From: an uncultured bacterium
Lineage (GTDB): Bacteria > Patescibacteriota > Minisyncoccia > Phycocordibacterales > Phycocordibacteraceae
Direction of reading: 5' to 3'
Assembly: GCA_947085985.1 (NCBI GenBank)
Contig: CAMTYL010000003.1
Span: 137,239-201,238, forward strand
Length of the DNA: 64,000 bases
The notes beneath the pieces were generated by a model. The model saw only the letters and a list, made by a program, of their open reading frames with translations, did no database searches and was not told where the DNA came from. Of the stretch, positions 56,189-64,000 are shown in pieces. The translations under genes and the position numbers were made by a program. Numbering within the stretch: the first letter of the stretch is position 1; each line of letters begins with the position of its first letter.

Positions 56189-56863
56189 TTAGCTCCAGTC
56201 TAACTCACCCAAACCGCACTTCATTAAATACTCATTCGTCTTACTAAACGGCTTACTTCCGAAAAAGCCAGAGTGAGCGGAAAATGGTGAGGGGTGCGGG
56301 GACTCAATCACCAAATGCTTTGAGCGGTCTATATGTGCACCCTTTGCCTTTGCATAGTTGCCCCACAGGACAAACACCAGGTGCTCGCGCTTATCAGAGA
56401 GTGCTTTGATAGCTGCGTCGGTAAACTGCTCCCACCCTTTTCCTTGATGCGAGCCTGGCGTGTTTGCTCGCACGGTGAGTGTTGCGTTTAAGAGTAGTAC
56501 GCCCTGCTTTGCCCAACGGGTTAAGTCTCCACTCTTGGTATCAACTGGTATGCCCAAATCACTCTCTAGTTCCTTGTAGATATTCTGCAGTGATGGTGGA
56601 TTACGCACACCCTCTACTACAGAAAAGGAGAGTCCGTGCGCCTGCCCTACTCCGTGGTACGGGTCCTGGCCAAGTATCACTACGCGCACATCATTAAACG
56701 GCGTGAGCTCAAACGCAGTAAAAATGCTCTTGGGGTGCGGATAGACAGTGCCTGTCTCGTACTCGCTTCTCACAAACGTCGTAAGCTCCTTGAAGTACGA
56801 CTCCTCAAACTCGTCTTTAAGCACTTCCTTCCACGATTCCTCAATCCGCACGTCCATACTCAT
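56189..56863 (-). CDS. ung: Uracil-DNA glycosylase (family 1)
   Basis: GQDPYHG, water-activating loop, LLLNATLTV, HPSPFSA leucine-intercalation loop. Confidence 0.85.
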   Translation of the reverse strand: MSMDVRIEESWKEVLKDEFEESYFKELTTFVRSEYETGTVYPHPKSIFTAFELTPFNDVRVVILGQDPYHGVGQAHGLSFSVVEGVRNPPSLQNIYKELESDLGIPVDTKSGDLTRWAKQGVLLLNATLTVRANTPGSHQGKGWEQFTDAAIKALSDKREHLVFVLWGNYAKAKGAHIDRSKHLVIESPHPSPFSAHSGFFGSKPFSKTNEYLMKCGLGELDWS

Positions 56864-57123
56864 ATAGCTACTCCCTCAGCGCGCAAGAGTGCGCGCTTCT
56901 TTTCCGGTCCGCCTCGGTTGTACTCACCAATCTTGCCACCTGCGCACACCACACGGTGGCAGGGCACGGTAGGGTCGTAGTTATCGCGCATAATAGTGCC
57001 CACGGCGCGTGCGGCACCCGGGTGCCCAATAGCTGCCGCCACTTCTCCGTAGGTGCGTGTCTCGCCCTTTGGAATCTGGCGCACTGCTTCTCGCACATGC
57101 TCTGCGAACACTTTGCTCTGCAT
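56860..57123 (-). CDS. ogt: Methylated-DNA-protein-cysteine methyltransferase, C-terminal catalytic domain only
   Basis: …TYGEVAAAIGHPGAARAVGTIMRDNYDPTVPCHRVV… with the PCHRV active-site Cys. There is no N-terminal domain. Confidence 0.7.
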   Translation of the reverse strand: MQSKVFAEHVREAVRQIPKGETRTYGEVAAAIGHPGAARAVGTIMRDNYDPTVPCHRVVCAGGKIGEYNRGGPEKKRALLRAEGVAI

Positions 57124-57124
57124 A

Positions 57125-57910
57125 CTATTTCTTATTCGCTCGGTGCATTGCAAGTAGCTTCTTTCCGGAGGCTTCGCGGTAGGTACAGAAATCACAGTTC
57201 TTGCCTACAGGCGGTATCGCATCGCTTTCAAGGGTCTTCTTTATTTCAGGAAGCACATCGTCAATCCACTGTGATTCCCCCTCGCACGGGACCACCGTCA
57301 CCTCAAACTCAAGCTTTGCATCAAAGGCTTCCTTGTCGTCGTGAGCGTTCGCGTACACGAGGTAGCCAAGCGAGGACACCTCAAATCCGTTATTACGAAG
57401 GAGCCACTGGTACACACCCATCTGGCGCTGGTACTGTGCGTCCCACGAAGAGTCGCCAAGCTTGGTGATGCTGCCAGGCTTGCTGGTTGATTTGTAATCA
57501 ACAACAGTGAGCTCCCCTTTTGGGTTCACCCAAATATCGTCTACCGCTCCTGATATCGTGAATCCTGTTTCTTTGTGCTTGAACTCAACACCTTCAAAAT
57601 TTTCGCGCCAGGTATCAATCTGTGGGTGTGAGAAGGGTACGGCGTCTATTCCGTATGTTGTCATAAGGGGATGCGGTGACCCGTCTTTTCGATGCATATC
57701 AAACTCCTTCTTAAACAGTTGGTCCACCGCCTTGTTTAGATTGAATTCAGGACCACGCGGACGCGCTGTGCCTAGTTTGTTGTCCAAATAGAAACAACGC
57801 GGGCACTCCACAAACAATTCAATTTTGGAGCGTGATAGACGCCATTTTGCACCACCGTAATTCCAGTCGGTGCTTCGGTTCGGGTTATATCGTTTTACGA
57901 AGTCAGCCAT
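57125..57910 (-). CDS. PD-(D/E)xK nuclease of the Cas4/RecB-like family with a 4-Cys cluster
   Basis: N-terminal CPRCFY, D…ExK (DDIWVNPKGELTVVDYKS), QxxxY (QYQRQMGVYQWL), C-terminal CDFCTY. No cas genes or CRISPR array in the window. Confidence 0.5.
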   Translation of the reverse strand: MADFVKRYNPNRSTDWNYGGAKWRLSRSKIELFVECPRCFYLDNKLGTARPRGPEFNLNKAVDQLFKKEFDMHRKDGSPHPLMTTYGIDAVPFSHPQIDTWRENFEGVEFKHKETGFTISGAVDDIWVNPKGELTVVDYKSTSKPGSITKLGDSSWDAQYQRQMGVYQWLLRNNGFEVSSLGYLVYANAHDDKEAFDAKLEFEVTVVPCEGESQWIDDVLPEIKKTLESDAIPPVGKNCDFCTYREASGKKLLAMHRANKK

Positions 57911-57913
57911 AGA

Positions 57914-58780
57914 CTATTTCTGTACTGAGCCCGCTTCTCCATAGCTGTCGCGAGGCGAGCACAGAGTGCCTGCTTCTGCGAGAATGGCTCCAATACGATC
58001 GGGTGGAATACCAAGCTGGCGCAGAGCTTCGCGGTGTGCACGAATCTGTGCACAGGTGACGATTCCCTCATCAATAAGGAGTCGCTTCTCTGATTTCTTA
58101 AGAAGCGTGAGTGCCGTGACTGGATACAGGCCCGCTGCCACTATGCGGTCGTACAGGTTCCCCTCGTTGGGGTACGTCCACCCAAGAAGCCCGAGCCCAG
58201 AGCAGGTAGCGTACTGAATAGCATCGCGCGTGAACTTAGTGTTCGTAATCAAAAAGCCGGTTCCTACTTCACACACACCTTTTGCCTTTGGATCGCAGCC
58301 CCAAATATCATCAAAACGTGCCTTCACGTAGAGTGAGACCTTTACATCCGTCTTATAGCCCGGGTCATTGTGATACTTAAGCTCCGCAGCAAGTGTCTCG
58401 CCGTTTCTTGTGGCGTAGACGTCCACCTCGTGGGTGACGCACTTACCCGGAATGAGCTTTCGGTCTTCCACCGTCCAACCCTCAGCGCGAAAAAGTTCTG
58501 TAACAAAGTCTTCAAACGGGTGTCCTGAAGGACCAAGTTCAAAGAGTGCGCGGCGAAGGCTATAGCGAGCAGCTGATGGACGGCTGTCTTGGCGTAGCAT
58601 TTGAAACGCACGGCGATAGATTTCTGTTGATTGCGTGGACGGGCCCATGGAGGACTGAATGGTAAGACGGATGCGCTCAGCGGTGCGCTCAGTAGCCCCG
58701 GCGCGCATAAGCGACATCTCAAGCTTAGAGCCATCAAAGGGCTCTACCGTACCGTCTGCTTTTATAATCTCGGGAGTCAT
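57914..58780 (-). CDS. ATP-cone domain protein fused to a restriction-endonuclease-like (Mrr_cat) domain
   Basis: N-terminal ATP-cone (IIKADGTVEPFDGSKLEMSLMRAG…). Central Mrr-like core with D/E…K residues (…THEVDVYATRNGETLAAELKY…). Confidence 0.45.
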   Translation of the reverse strand: MTPEIIKADGTVEPFDGSKLEMSLMRAGATERTAERIRLTIQSSMGPSTQSTEIYRRAFQMLRQDSRPSAARYSLRRALFELGPSGHPFEDFVTELFRAEGWTVEDRKLIPGKCVTHEVDVYATRNGETLAAELKYHNDPGYKTDVKVSLYVKARFDDIWGCDPKAKGVCEVGTGFLITNTKFTRDAIQYATCSGLGLLGWTYPNEGNLYDRIVAAGLYPVTALTLLKKSEKRLLIDEGIVTCAQIRAHREALRQLGIPPDRIGAILAEAGTLCSPRDSYGEAGSVQK

Positions 58781-59818
58781 TTATGCAATGATACCACCCC
58801 CAAGCACCTGCTCTCCTCGGTAGATAACAAGCGACTGCCCCGCGGCAAGCGCCTCCTGGAACGACTGTGTGGGCGTAAAGAGCGAGCGGCTGGTATCAAT
58901 AGTGCCTTCAACGCTTGGTCCATGGTAGCGATACTGCGCCACTACCCTTTCATGAGCCGCAACATCCTCCAACCAGTTTGTCTCCGACAATGAAACAGGT
59001 CCAGCACTATTCCTGGTATGCGGCGTATGCGACACCGTGAGTATGTTGCTCGCCATGTCCTTCTTTACGACATACCAAGGCCCTGGGTGCTTGCCGATAA
59101 TGGCGACACGTTCTCCTAGGGTCGCTAACACCGCACCCTCGTGTATACCAACTTCATCGCCCCTTTCATCCACTGCGGCCCCGGGAGTTGAGCCCAGCTC
59201 ACTTCGCAAGAAGTCGTCCACTGAAATGGAACCGAGGAAGCAAATGCCTTGACTGTCGCGCTTGGTAGCCTGAGGAACACCAAACTCTAGAGCCAGCTCT
59301 CGTGTGCGCTCCTTTGGCATACTACCGACAGGAAACAGCGTGCGTGCAATTGCCTCTTTAGGCACAGCCCACAAGAAGTAGCTCTGATCCTTTGCCGTGT
59401 CTACTCCACGAGAAAGTACTCCACCCTCCTGCCTAGCATAGTGACCAGTGGCAATGAAGTCTGCTCCGTTTTTGTTTGCAAATCTCCAGAAGGCGCCAAA
59501 CTTCACCTCACGATTACACATCACGTCGGGATTCGGCGTTCTGCCTGCAGCATACTCTCTCAACAAGTAATCAATGACGCCTTGTTTGTATTCGGTTGAA
59601 GCGTCCAGCGTGTAGAACGGAATGCGCAGGTGGGCAGCTGCACGCATGGCGTCAGCTCGGTCCTCGCTCCATGTGCAGGGCATGCCGGGCGGATACCAGC
59701 CTTTTATAAATACGCCCGTGACGTCAGCCCCTTCCTGTTGGAGTAGTGCGGCAGAAACAGCTGAGTCAACGCCGCCAGACAATCCTACAAATACACGCTT
59801 GCCGCGTAGGTTTTCCAT
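58781..59818 (-). CDS. mnmA: tRNA-specific 2-thiouridylase MnmA
   Basis: PP-loop (VFVGLSGGVDSAVSAALL), catalytic Cys residues; 345 aa. Confidence 0.85.
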   Translation of the reverse strand: MENLRGKRVFVGLSGGVDSAVSAALLQQEGADVTGVFIKGWYPPGMPCTWSEDRADAMRAAAHLRIPFYTLDASTEYKQGVIDYLLREYAAGRTPNPDVMCNREVKFGAFWRFANKNGADFIATGHYARQEGGVLSRGVDTAKDQSYFLWAVPKEAIARTLFPVGSMPKERTRELALEFGVPQATKRDSQGICFLGSISVDDFLRSELGSTPGAAVDERGDEVGIHEGAVLATLGERVAIIGKHPGPWYVVKKDMASNILTVSHTPHTRNSAGPVSLSETNWLEDVAAHERVVAQYRYHGPSVEGTIDTSRSLFTPTQSFQEALAAGQSLVIYRGEQVLGGGIIA

Positions 59819-59864
59819 ACACTAAGATATAGCACCAAGCCTGAACGCTGGCGAGGACTGCAGA

Positions 59865-61259
59865 CTACGTAGGCAGATTGGACGGTGCAGCCGAAGTCGC
59901 AGAAGGAATACGCGGGAGTCCTGGCGTGGTAATACCTCCCGTAGGTACATGGAAGATGGTGGCGAGTTCCTCGGTGCTCATGGTCATCCAATCACCCTCG
60001 TACGGAGGATGATAGAACGCACGCCTACGATAGAAATCCAGTGCCTGGTGCATAACGTGCGCATGGTGATGTCCATGACGGTCTTCCCATGGATAATCAT
60101 TGAATCCTACATGCCAGCGGGTCCACTTAATTCCATTTAATGCTTCAGAGTTAAACGGATACCACAGTCCGCCTAGTAGGCCGGGCATTGAGCCGTGAAA
60201 ATGTCCCTCCTCGGCCATATATATGCCACGCATACCAACATCAAAGGGAAGTTTTGACACGTTACGCTCAATGGCATTAATGACCTCTTGTTCACCCTTG
60301 GTTGGATTCGGGAATCCGTCTTCTTCGTACGGAATACCGGTTTCCTTATTCATCTTTTTCACCTTACGCACCGCGCTCTCGCGAATCTTCTCAATCTCCT
60401 CTTTCGCTTCGTCGCGCCAGGTAAACGGCTTACCACCAGCATTCATGCGGCCCGCATACTTCTCACCCTTTGAAACGCGGATGATTATCTGCACCCACAT
60501 TTGTTCGTGAGGGCCAATAGACGCCATCGTTTCAAGCACTTGCGCAAACGGGTCCATTTGCTCCTCGGGCTTTGGCATTGGCTGTTTATCAAGTCCAAAA
60601 TCAACGTACGTTTTAATAGGATACGCATCAGGCTTACTGTGTCTGAATTCGCAGGCAAAGCCCGACCACGGTGCGTGCCCTGGCTCTGTTAGAAGACTGT
60701 AGTCCACTGCTTCAACAATCTCAACACCCGGGTACTGCGAGTAAAACGAGGACTCTAGAAGTCGACGATACACTTCACGCGTCCAAATGTAGAAGTGGAT
60801 ACGACCCCCAAGCGAGACTATTTCAAACGACCACCACGGCCGTACACTTCCGTTCCAAAACAGCTTGAACCAGTTTGACTCTCCCGGAGCGTGGTGCAGG
60901 TTCGCAAAGATGCCCTCCATAGAAAGGGGCGACTTGCGCGTGTCGCGTGGCATGCGTATCTCAAGGAGAATATACTTCTGCTTCGCATTGAACGCTCGGC
61001 GACGGTACTGCACCCACCGCACCCACGAAAACTTCAACAGTGTAATGGGCACCCAGAGTGGGGAGAGGTACACAAGTAGCTCAAAGTTTCTAAGACTTTG
61101 TGCCGGACTTGTGATGAAAAAAGCAATGAGTGCCGTACCAAACGCAATTAAAAGCGCTCGCTCGGTAATACTGGCACCACCCTTTTCCCACGAACTGTGT
61201 AGCATTCCCTCTATGGCTGCTAGACCAGGCAGACCGCCTCCATGACCAGATGATGACAT
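59865..61259 (-). CDS. Hypothetical membrane protein (464 aa)
   Basis: Two N-terminal TM helices and a large soluble domain rich in W/Y/H. No motif recognised. Confidence 0.35.
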   Translation of the reverse strand: MSSSGHGGGLPGLAAIEGMLHSSWEKGGASITERALLIAFGTALIAFFITSPAQSLRNFELLVYLSPLWVPITLLKFSWVRWVQYRRRAFNAKQKYILLEIRMPRDTRKSPLSMEGIFANLHHAPGESNWFKLFWNGSVRPWWSFEIVSLGGRIHFYIWTREVYRRLLESSFYSQYPGVEIVEAVDYSLLTEPGHAPWSGFACEFRHSKPDAYPIKTYVDFGLDKQPMPKPEEQMDPFAQVLETMASIGPHEQMWVQIIIRVSKGEKYAGRMNAGGKPFTWRDEAKEEIEKIRESAVRKVKKMNKETGIPYEEDGFPNPTKGEQEVINAIERNVSKLPFDVGMRGIYMAEEGHFHGSMPGLLGGLWYPFNSEALNGIKWTRWHVGFNDYPWEDRHGHHHAHVMHQALDFYRRRAFYHPPYEGDWMTMSTEELATIFHVPTGGITTPGLPRIPSATSAAPSNLPT

Positions 61260-61340
61260 GTAAACAGTATAGCAAGCACAACGAGAGCGCAGGCCACATT
61301 GACCTGCGCTCTCGTGTATAGAGTCCCTGTCTCTCGTTTG

Positions 61341-62414
61341 TTAGGCAACCGTGTAGGTGCCGTCCTTTGCGCGCTTGAAGTAGCGAGTGTCGCCAAGGTT
61401 TACCAAAATGGTGTTGTCCTTTACGTAGCGCACCTTCTTCACTGCAGCGATTACCTCCTCGCGCGTAAGTGGCTTCTTTGCGAGCGCCTCCTTGATAACG
61501 TCGCGCACAACGCCTGGCTGGAAGCCCCACTCAGACAAAGCGTAGAGTCCGCGACCTACGAGCACAAAGCGAGAATCCTTGATGAGCTCGTTATGCGTGG
61601 TTGCAACGTGCGCCTTCTTGCCAAATAGCGACACGATAGACTTTGCAACGTCAGCAAAGTGCATTGGCTCACCCTTCTGCTTGATAACAAGGTATGCGTA
61701 GTCACGAATACCCTTGGTGCGAATAGCAGGAGTGTCCACACGTCCCCATTCTGAAAGAGGGTTCTTGGAAATAGTCTTTGAAATAGAGAGCCAGCGCTTC
61801 AAAATCTCCTCGTTTTGGTATGCGGCGTTCACACCCTTCAACTCATCAAGGAAACGATTGATGATGTCTCCTTCGGAGAGCACCTCAGCATCGTCGAGCG
61901 TGCTGTACAGGCGAGAGAGTGCACCATGCACAAGTTCTGCGGTCTTCTGGTCTACGTGCCAGCGGGCATAAAAGTCATCGGTCTCGCGCTCACGGAAGAA
62001 CTCGCTACCAACCACCAACAGGAAGCGGAAACGATTGCGCGACTTCTCATCAGTTGCAAGTCCAGAAAGGAGTACGTCCTCTGGTACTACACCACCAAGT
62101 GATTCAATGTGTGCAGCAAGTTCGCTGAACGCAGCACCAGAGGTTTTGAACGCAGCACCAGCGCGAACTGCCTCAATTCCAGAAGCCTCAATCTGACGGA
62201 CACGCTCACGGGTGATACCCCAGCGCTCGCCAATAGCCTCAAGGGTCTGGCGCTCACTTGAAGTGCCAAGCCCGAAACGAAGTGAGAGCACCTCACGAGC
62301 GCGCTCAGGCACCTCAGCAAGGAGTTTCTTTACCAGAACCGCAGAGTCAAAGGAAAGAGCTGCGACAGATTTCGCAGGAGCTTTCTTTGCTGATTTCGCC
62401 ACAGATTTAGCCAT
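61341..62414 (-). CDS. Protein with an N-terminal sigma-70 region-4 HTH and a C-terminal domain of unknown function
   Basis: …REVLSLRFGLGTSSERQTLEAIGERWGITRERVRQIEASGIEAVR… is a near-consensus sigma70_r4. No region 2 (-10 recognition) is detectable; 357 aa. Confidence 0.45.
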   Translation of the reverse strand: MAKSVAKSAKKAPAKSVAALSFDSAVLVKKLLAEVPERAREVLSLRFGLGTSSERQTLEAIGERWGITRERVRQIEASGIEAVRAGAAFKTSGAAFSELAAHIESLGGVVPEDVLLSGLATDEKSRNRFRFLLVVGSEFFRERETDDFYARWHVDQKTAELVHGALSRLYSTLDDAEVLSEGDIINRFLDELKGVNAAYQNEEILKRWLSISKTISKNPLSEWGRVDTPAIRTKGIRDYAYLVIKQKGEPMHFADVAKSIVSLFGKKAHVATTHNELIKDSRFVLVGRGLYALSEWGFQPGVVRDVIKEALAKKPLTREEVIAAVKKVRYVKDNTILVNLGDTRYFKRAKDGTYTVA

Positions 62415-62467
62415 ATGTTTTGTTGTATTCTTATACCAGATACCTGCAAATGAGTCAACTATTCCCT

Positions 62468-64000
62468 TTACACACCCCCTGCCGTGTTATCTGCTACCAG
62501 GTTTAGTATACGGCCTGGTACATAGATGACGCGGGCTGGAGGCTGATTACCGAGCGCTGCTTCTACTGCCGGAACGGCCCTAGCAGCAAGCACCGCTGCC
62601 TCCTCCTCAGCCTCCGGCGAGACCGTGATTTCACCACGTTTCTTACCGTTTACTTGCACTCCTATGGTCACTTCGGTCACCACCTCTTCAACCACTTCGG
62701 GCCACGGAGCTTGGTGCACGCTACCCGCACCACCCTGTTCCTGCCACAAGTGATCGCTCAAGTGAGGAGCGTAGGGCGCCAGGATAACGAGGAACTGCTT
62801 AAACGCAGTACGCGGCACCACCGCAAGCCCCTCAAGTTCACGTACCAACACCATAAGTGCCGCTACGGCCGTGTTCATTTTGAAGCGTTCAGTGTCCTCG
62901 GTCACCTTGTTTGTGGCTCGTACGAGAGCACGTGCAAGCTCTGCTGATACTTCTGCTTCACCCACCTTCTCTCGGAGCTGATACACGCGGTCCAAGAATT
63001 TGCGCGTACCTTGCACACCATCCAACTTCCACGGATAGTTCCCTGGTTCGTTGTATGGGCCAATGAAGGCCAAGTACATGCGCACGGCGTCAGCTCCAAA
63101 CTTCTCAACCATTTCGTCTGGGTTCACCACATTCCCCCAGCGCTTACTCATCTTCTGGCCATCTGTTCCAAGAATAAGTCCGCGATTGAATCGTTCCACG
63201 TACGGCTCTGCGGTTGGCACGAGCGCCAGGTCGTGAAGCGCTTTGTAGAAGAAGCGTGAGTAGAGCAAGTGCACGGTGGTGTGTTCGGCACCGCCCGAGT
63301 AGCGGTCTACCGGAAGCCACTTCTTCATAAGGGCTGGGTCTGAGAACGCTGTCTCGCTATTGGGGCTCAGGTAGCGCGTGAAGTACCAGGAAGAATCAAC
63401 AAACACGTCCAGGGTATCGTACTCTGGCGTCCATCCCTCACCAAAAATACGTGTTACGCGGTCCCGCAGCTCATCTGAACCTGCAAGCGGCGATTGTCCG
63501 TCAGCTCGTGTCCCACTGGTGACATCCGTTGGTAGAAGCCACGGCAAATGTTCAGGTGGGACGGGGTGTGCAACACCCTCTGGGTCGTAGACGATAGGAA
63601 TTGGGCAGCCCCAATAGCGCTGGCGAGACACAAGCCAGTCGCGGATACGATAATTAGTAACCATCTCACCTCCTGCAAAGGCGACAATGTCTTCAAGTGC
63701 TTCGCGGTTGCCGCGGCCAGAGAACTCACCTGAATTCACCAGCACACCGTCCTCGGTCATTGCCGTCTCGCCCTTGAAGAGACGCTCAAGAATGAGGTCC
63801 ATTTCTGCATGCTGCAGTCCGTCGTTGCGTATCTCGTCAGCAGTTCGCCACACGAGTGTGTGCAAGGCATTCTCTTCTTCTGTAAGTGGCTCCTGGGTGT
63901 CATTTAGAAGCTCAAACAGCACCGTCGTTGCATGATTGTAACGATTAACACCCTTGTGTGCTGCGTAGAACTCGGACTGCGTAGGGCCACCAAGTATCCG
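62468..64000 (-). CDS. leuS: Leucyl-tRNA synthetase, C-terminal roughly 510 codons; the gene continues beyond the window end
   Basis: KMSKRWGNVVNP (KMSKS) and the anticodon-binding/C-terminal domains. The reading frame is open to position 64000. Confidence 0.8.
   Translation of the reverse strand, partial: RILGGPTQSEFYAAHKGVNRYNHATTVLFELLNDTQEPLTEEENALHTLVWRTADEIRNDGLQHAEMDLILERLFKGETAMTEDGVLVNSGEFSGRGNREALEDIVAFAGGEMVTNYRIRDWLVSRQRYWGCPIPIVYDPEGVAHPVPPEHLPWLLPTDVTSGTRADGQSPLAGSDELRDRVTRIFGEGWTPEYDTLDVFVDSSWYFTRYLSPNSETAFSDPALMKKWLPVDRYSGGAEHTTVHLLYSRFFYKALHDLALVPTAEPYVERFNRGLILGTDGQKMSKRWGNVVNPDEMVEKFGADAVRMYLAFIGPYNEPGNYPWKLDGVQGTRKFLDRVYQLREKVGEAEVSAELARALVRATNKVTEDTERFKMNTAVAALMVLVRELEGLAVVPRTAFKQFLVILAPYAPHLSDHLWQEQGGAGSVHQAPWPEVVEEVVTEVTIGVQVNGKKRGEITVSPEAEEEAAVLAARAVPAVEAALGNQPPARVIYVPGRILNLVADNTAGGV

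Noticed and set aside
1-64000. CRISPR arrays, rRNA genes, integrase/transposase genes
   Set aside because: No regularly spaced short direct repeats, no rRNA-like conserved stretches, and no tyrosine or serine recombinase or DDE transposase signatures were found in any frame. The absence of an integrase is noted as a caveat to the cassette-array hypothesis.

Overview
This is a 64 kb bacterial chromosomal window of about 50-55% GC. It appears to come from a reduced, probably uncultivated lineage, judged by an AlaRS lacking the C-Ala domain, an archaeal-type AspRS, and many small membrane and hypothetical genes. The conserved backbone is mostly minus-strand and includes: the dcw cell-wall cluster (murG'-ftsW-mraY plus a D,D-carboxypeptidase), scpAB, pepA, aspS, trpS, tyrS with an adjacent tRNA-Tyr, grpE-dnaK-dnaJ, the rpsI-rplM / rplQ-rpoA-rpsD-rpsK-rpsM-rpmJ-infA ribosomal cluster, alaS, pepO, a small DNA-repair group (ung, ogt, a Cas4-like nuclease, an ATP-cone/Mrr-like protein), mnmA and the 3' part of leuS. 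Non-backbone material is interleaved with it. Several short high-GC inserts carry GreA/Rnk paralogs, a ClpX zinc-finger-only protein, a GNAT and small unknown proteins. The main feature is a roughly 15 kb accessory block (22.1-37.3 kb). It is partitioned by four direct repeats that are all copies of the last 40-80 nt (the C-terminal coding end) of the MsbA-like ABC exporter gene at 37237..39030. This pattern suggests three tandemly accreted cassettes integrated at the 3' end of that gene. The cassettes carry a second TrpRS, a class II LysRS, two ATP-grasp ligases, a GCS2-type carboxylate-amine ligase with a gamma-glutamyl cyclotransferase, an Orn/DAP-type PLP decarboxylase, an MSOX-like FAD amine oxidase, an aldo-keto reductase, an AstE/AspA-family deacylase, a GNAT and a HAD hydrolase. 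That content resembles an amino-acid-derived small-molecule locus with candidate self-resistance aaRS copies and an exporter. All calls rest on motif-level reading of the translations; I ran no database searches.
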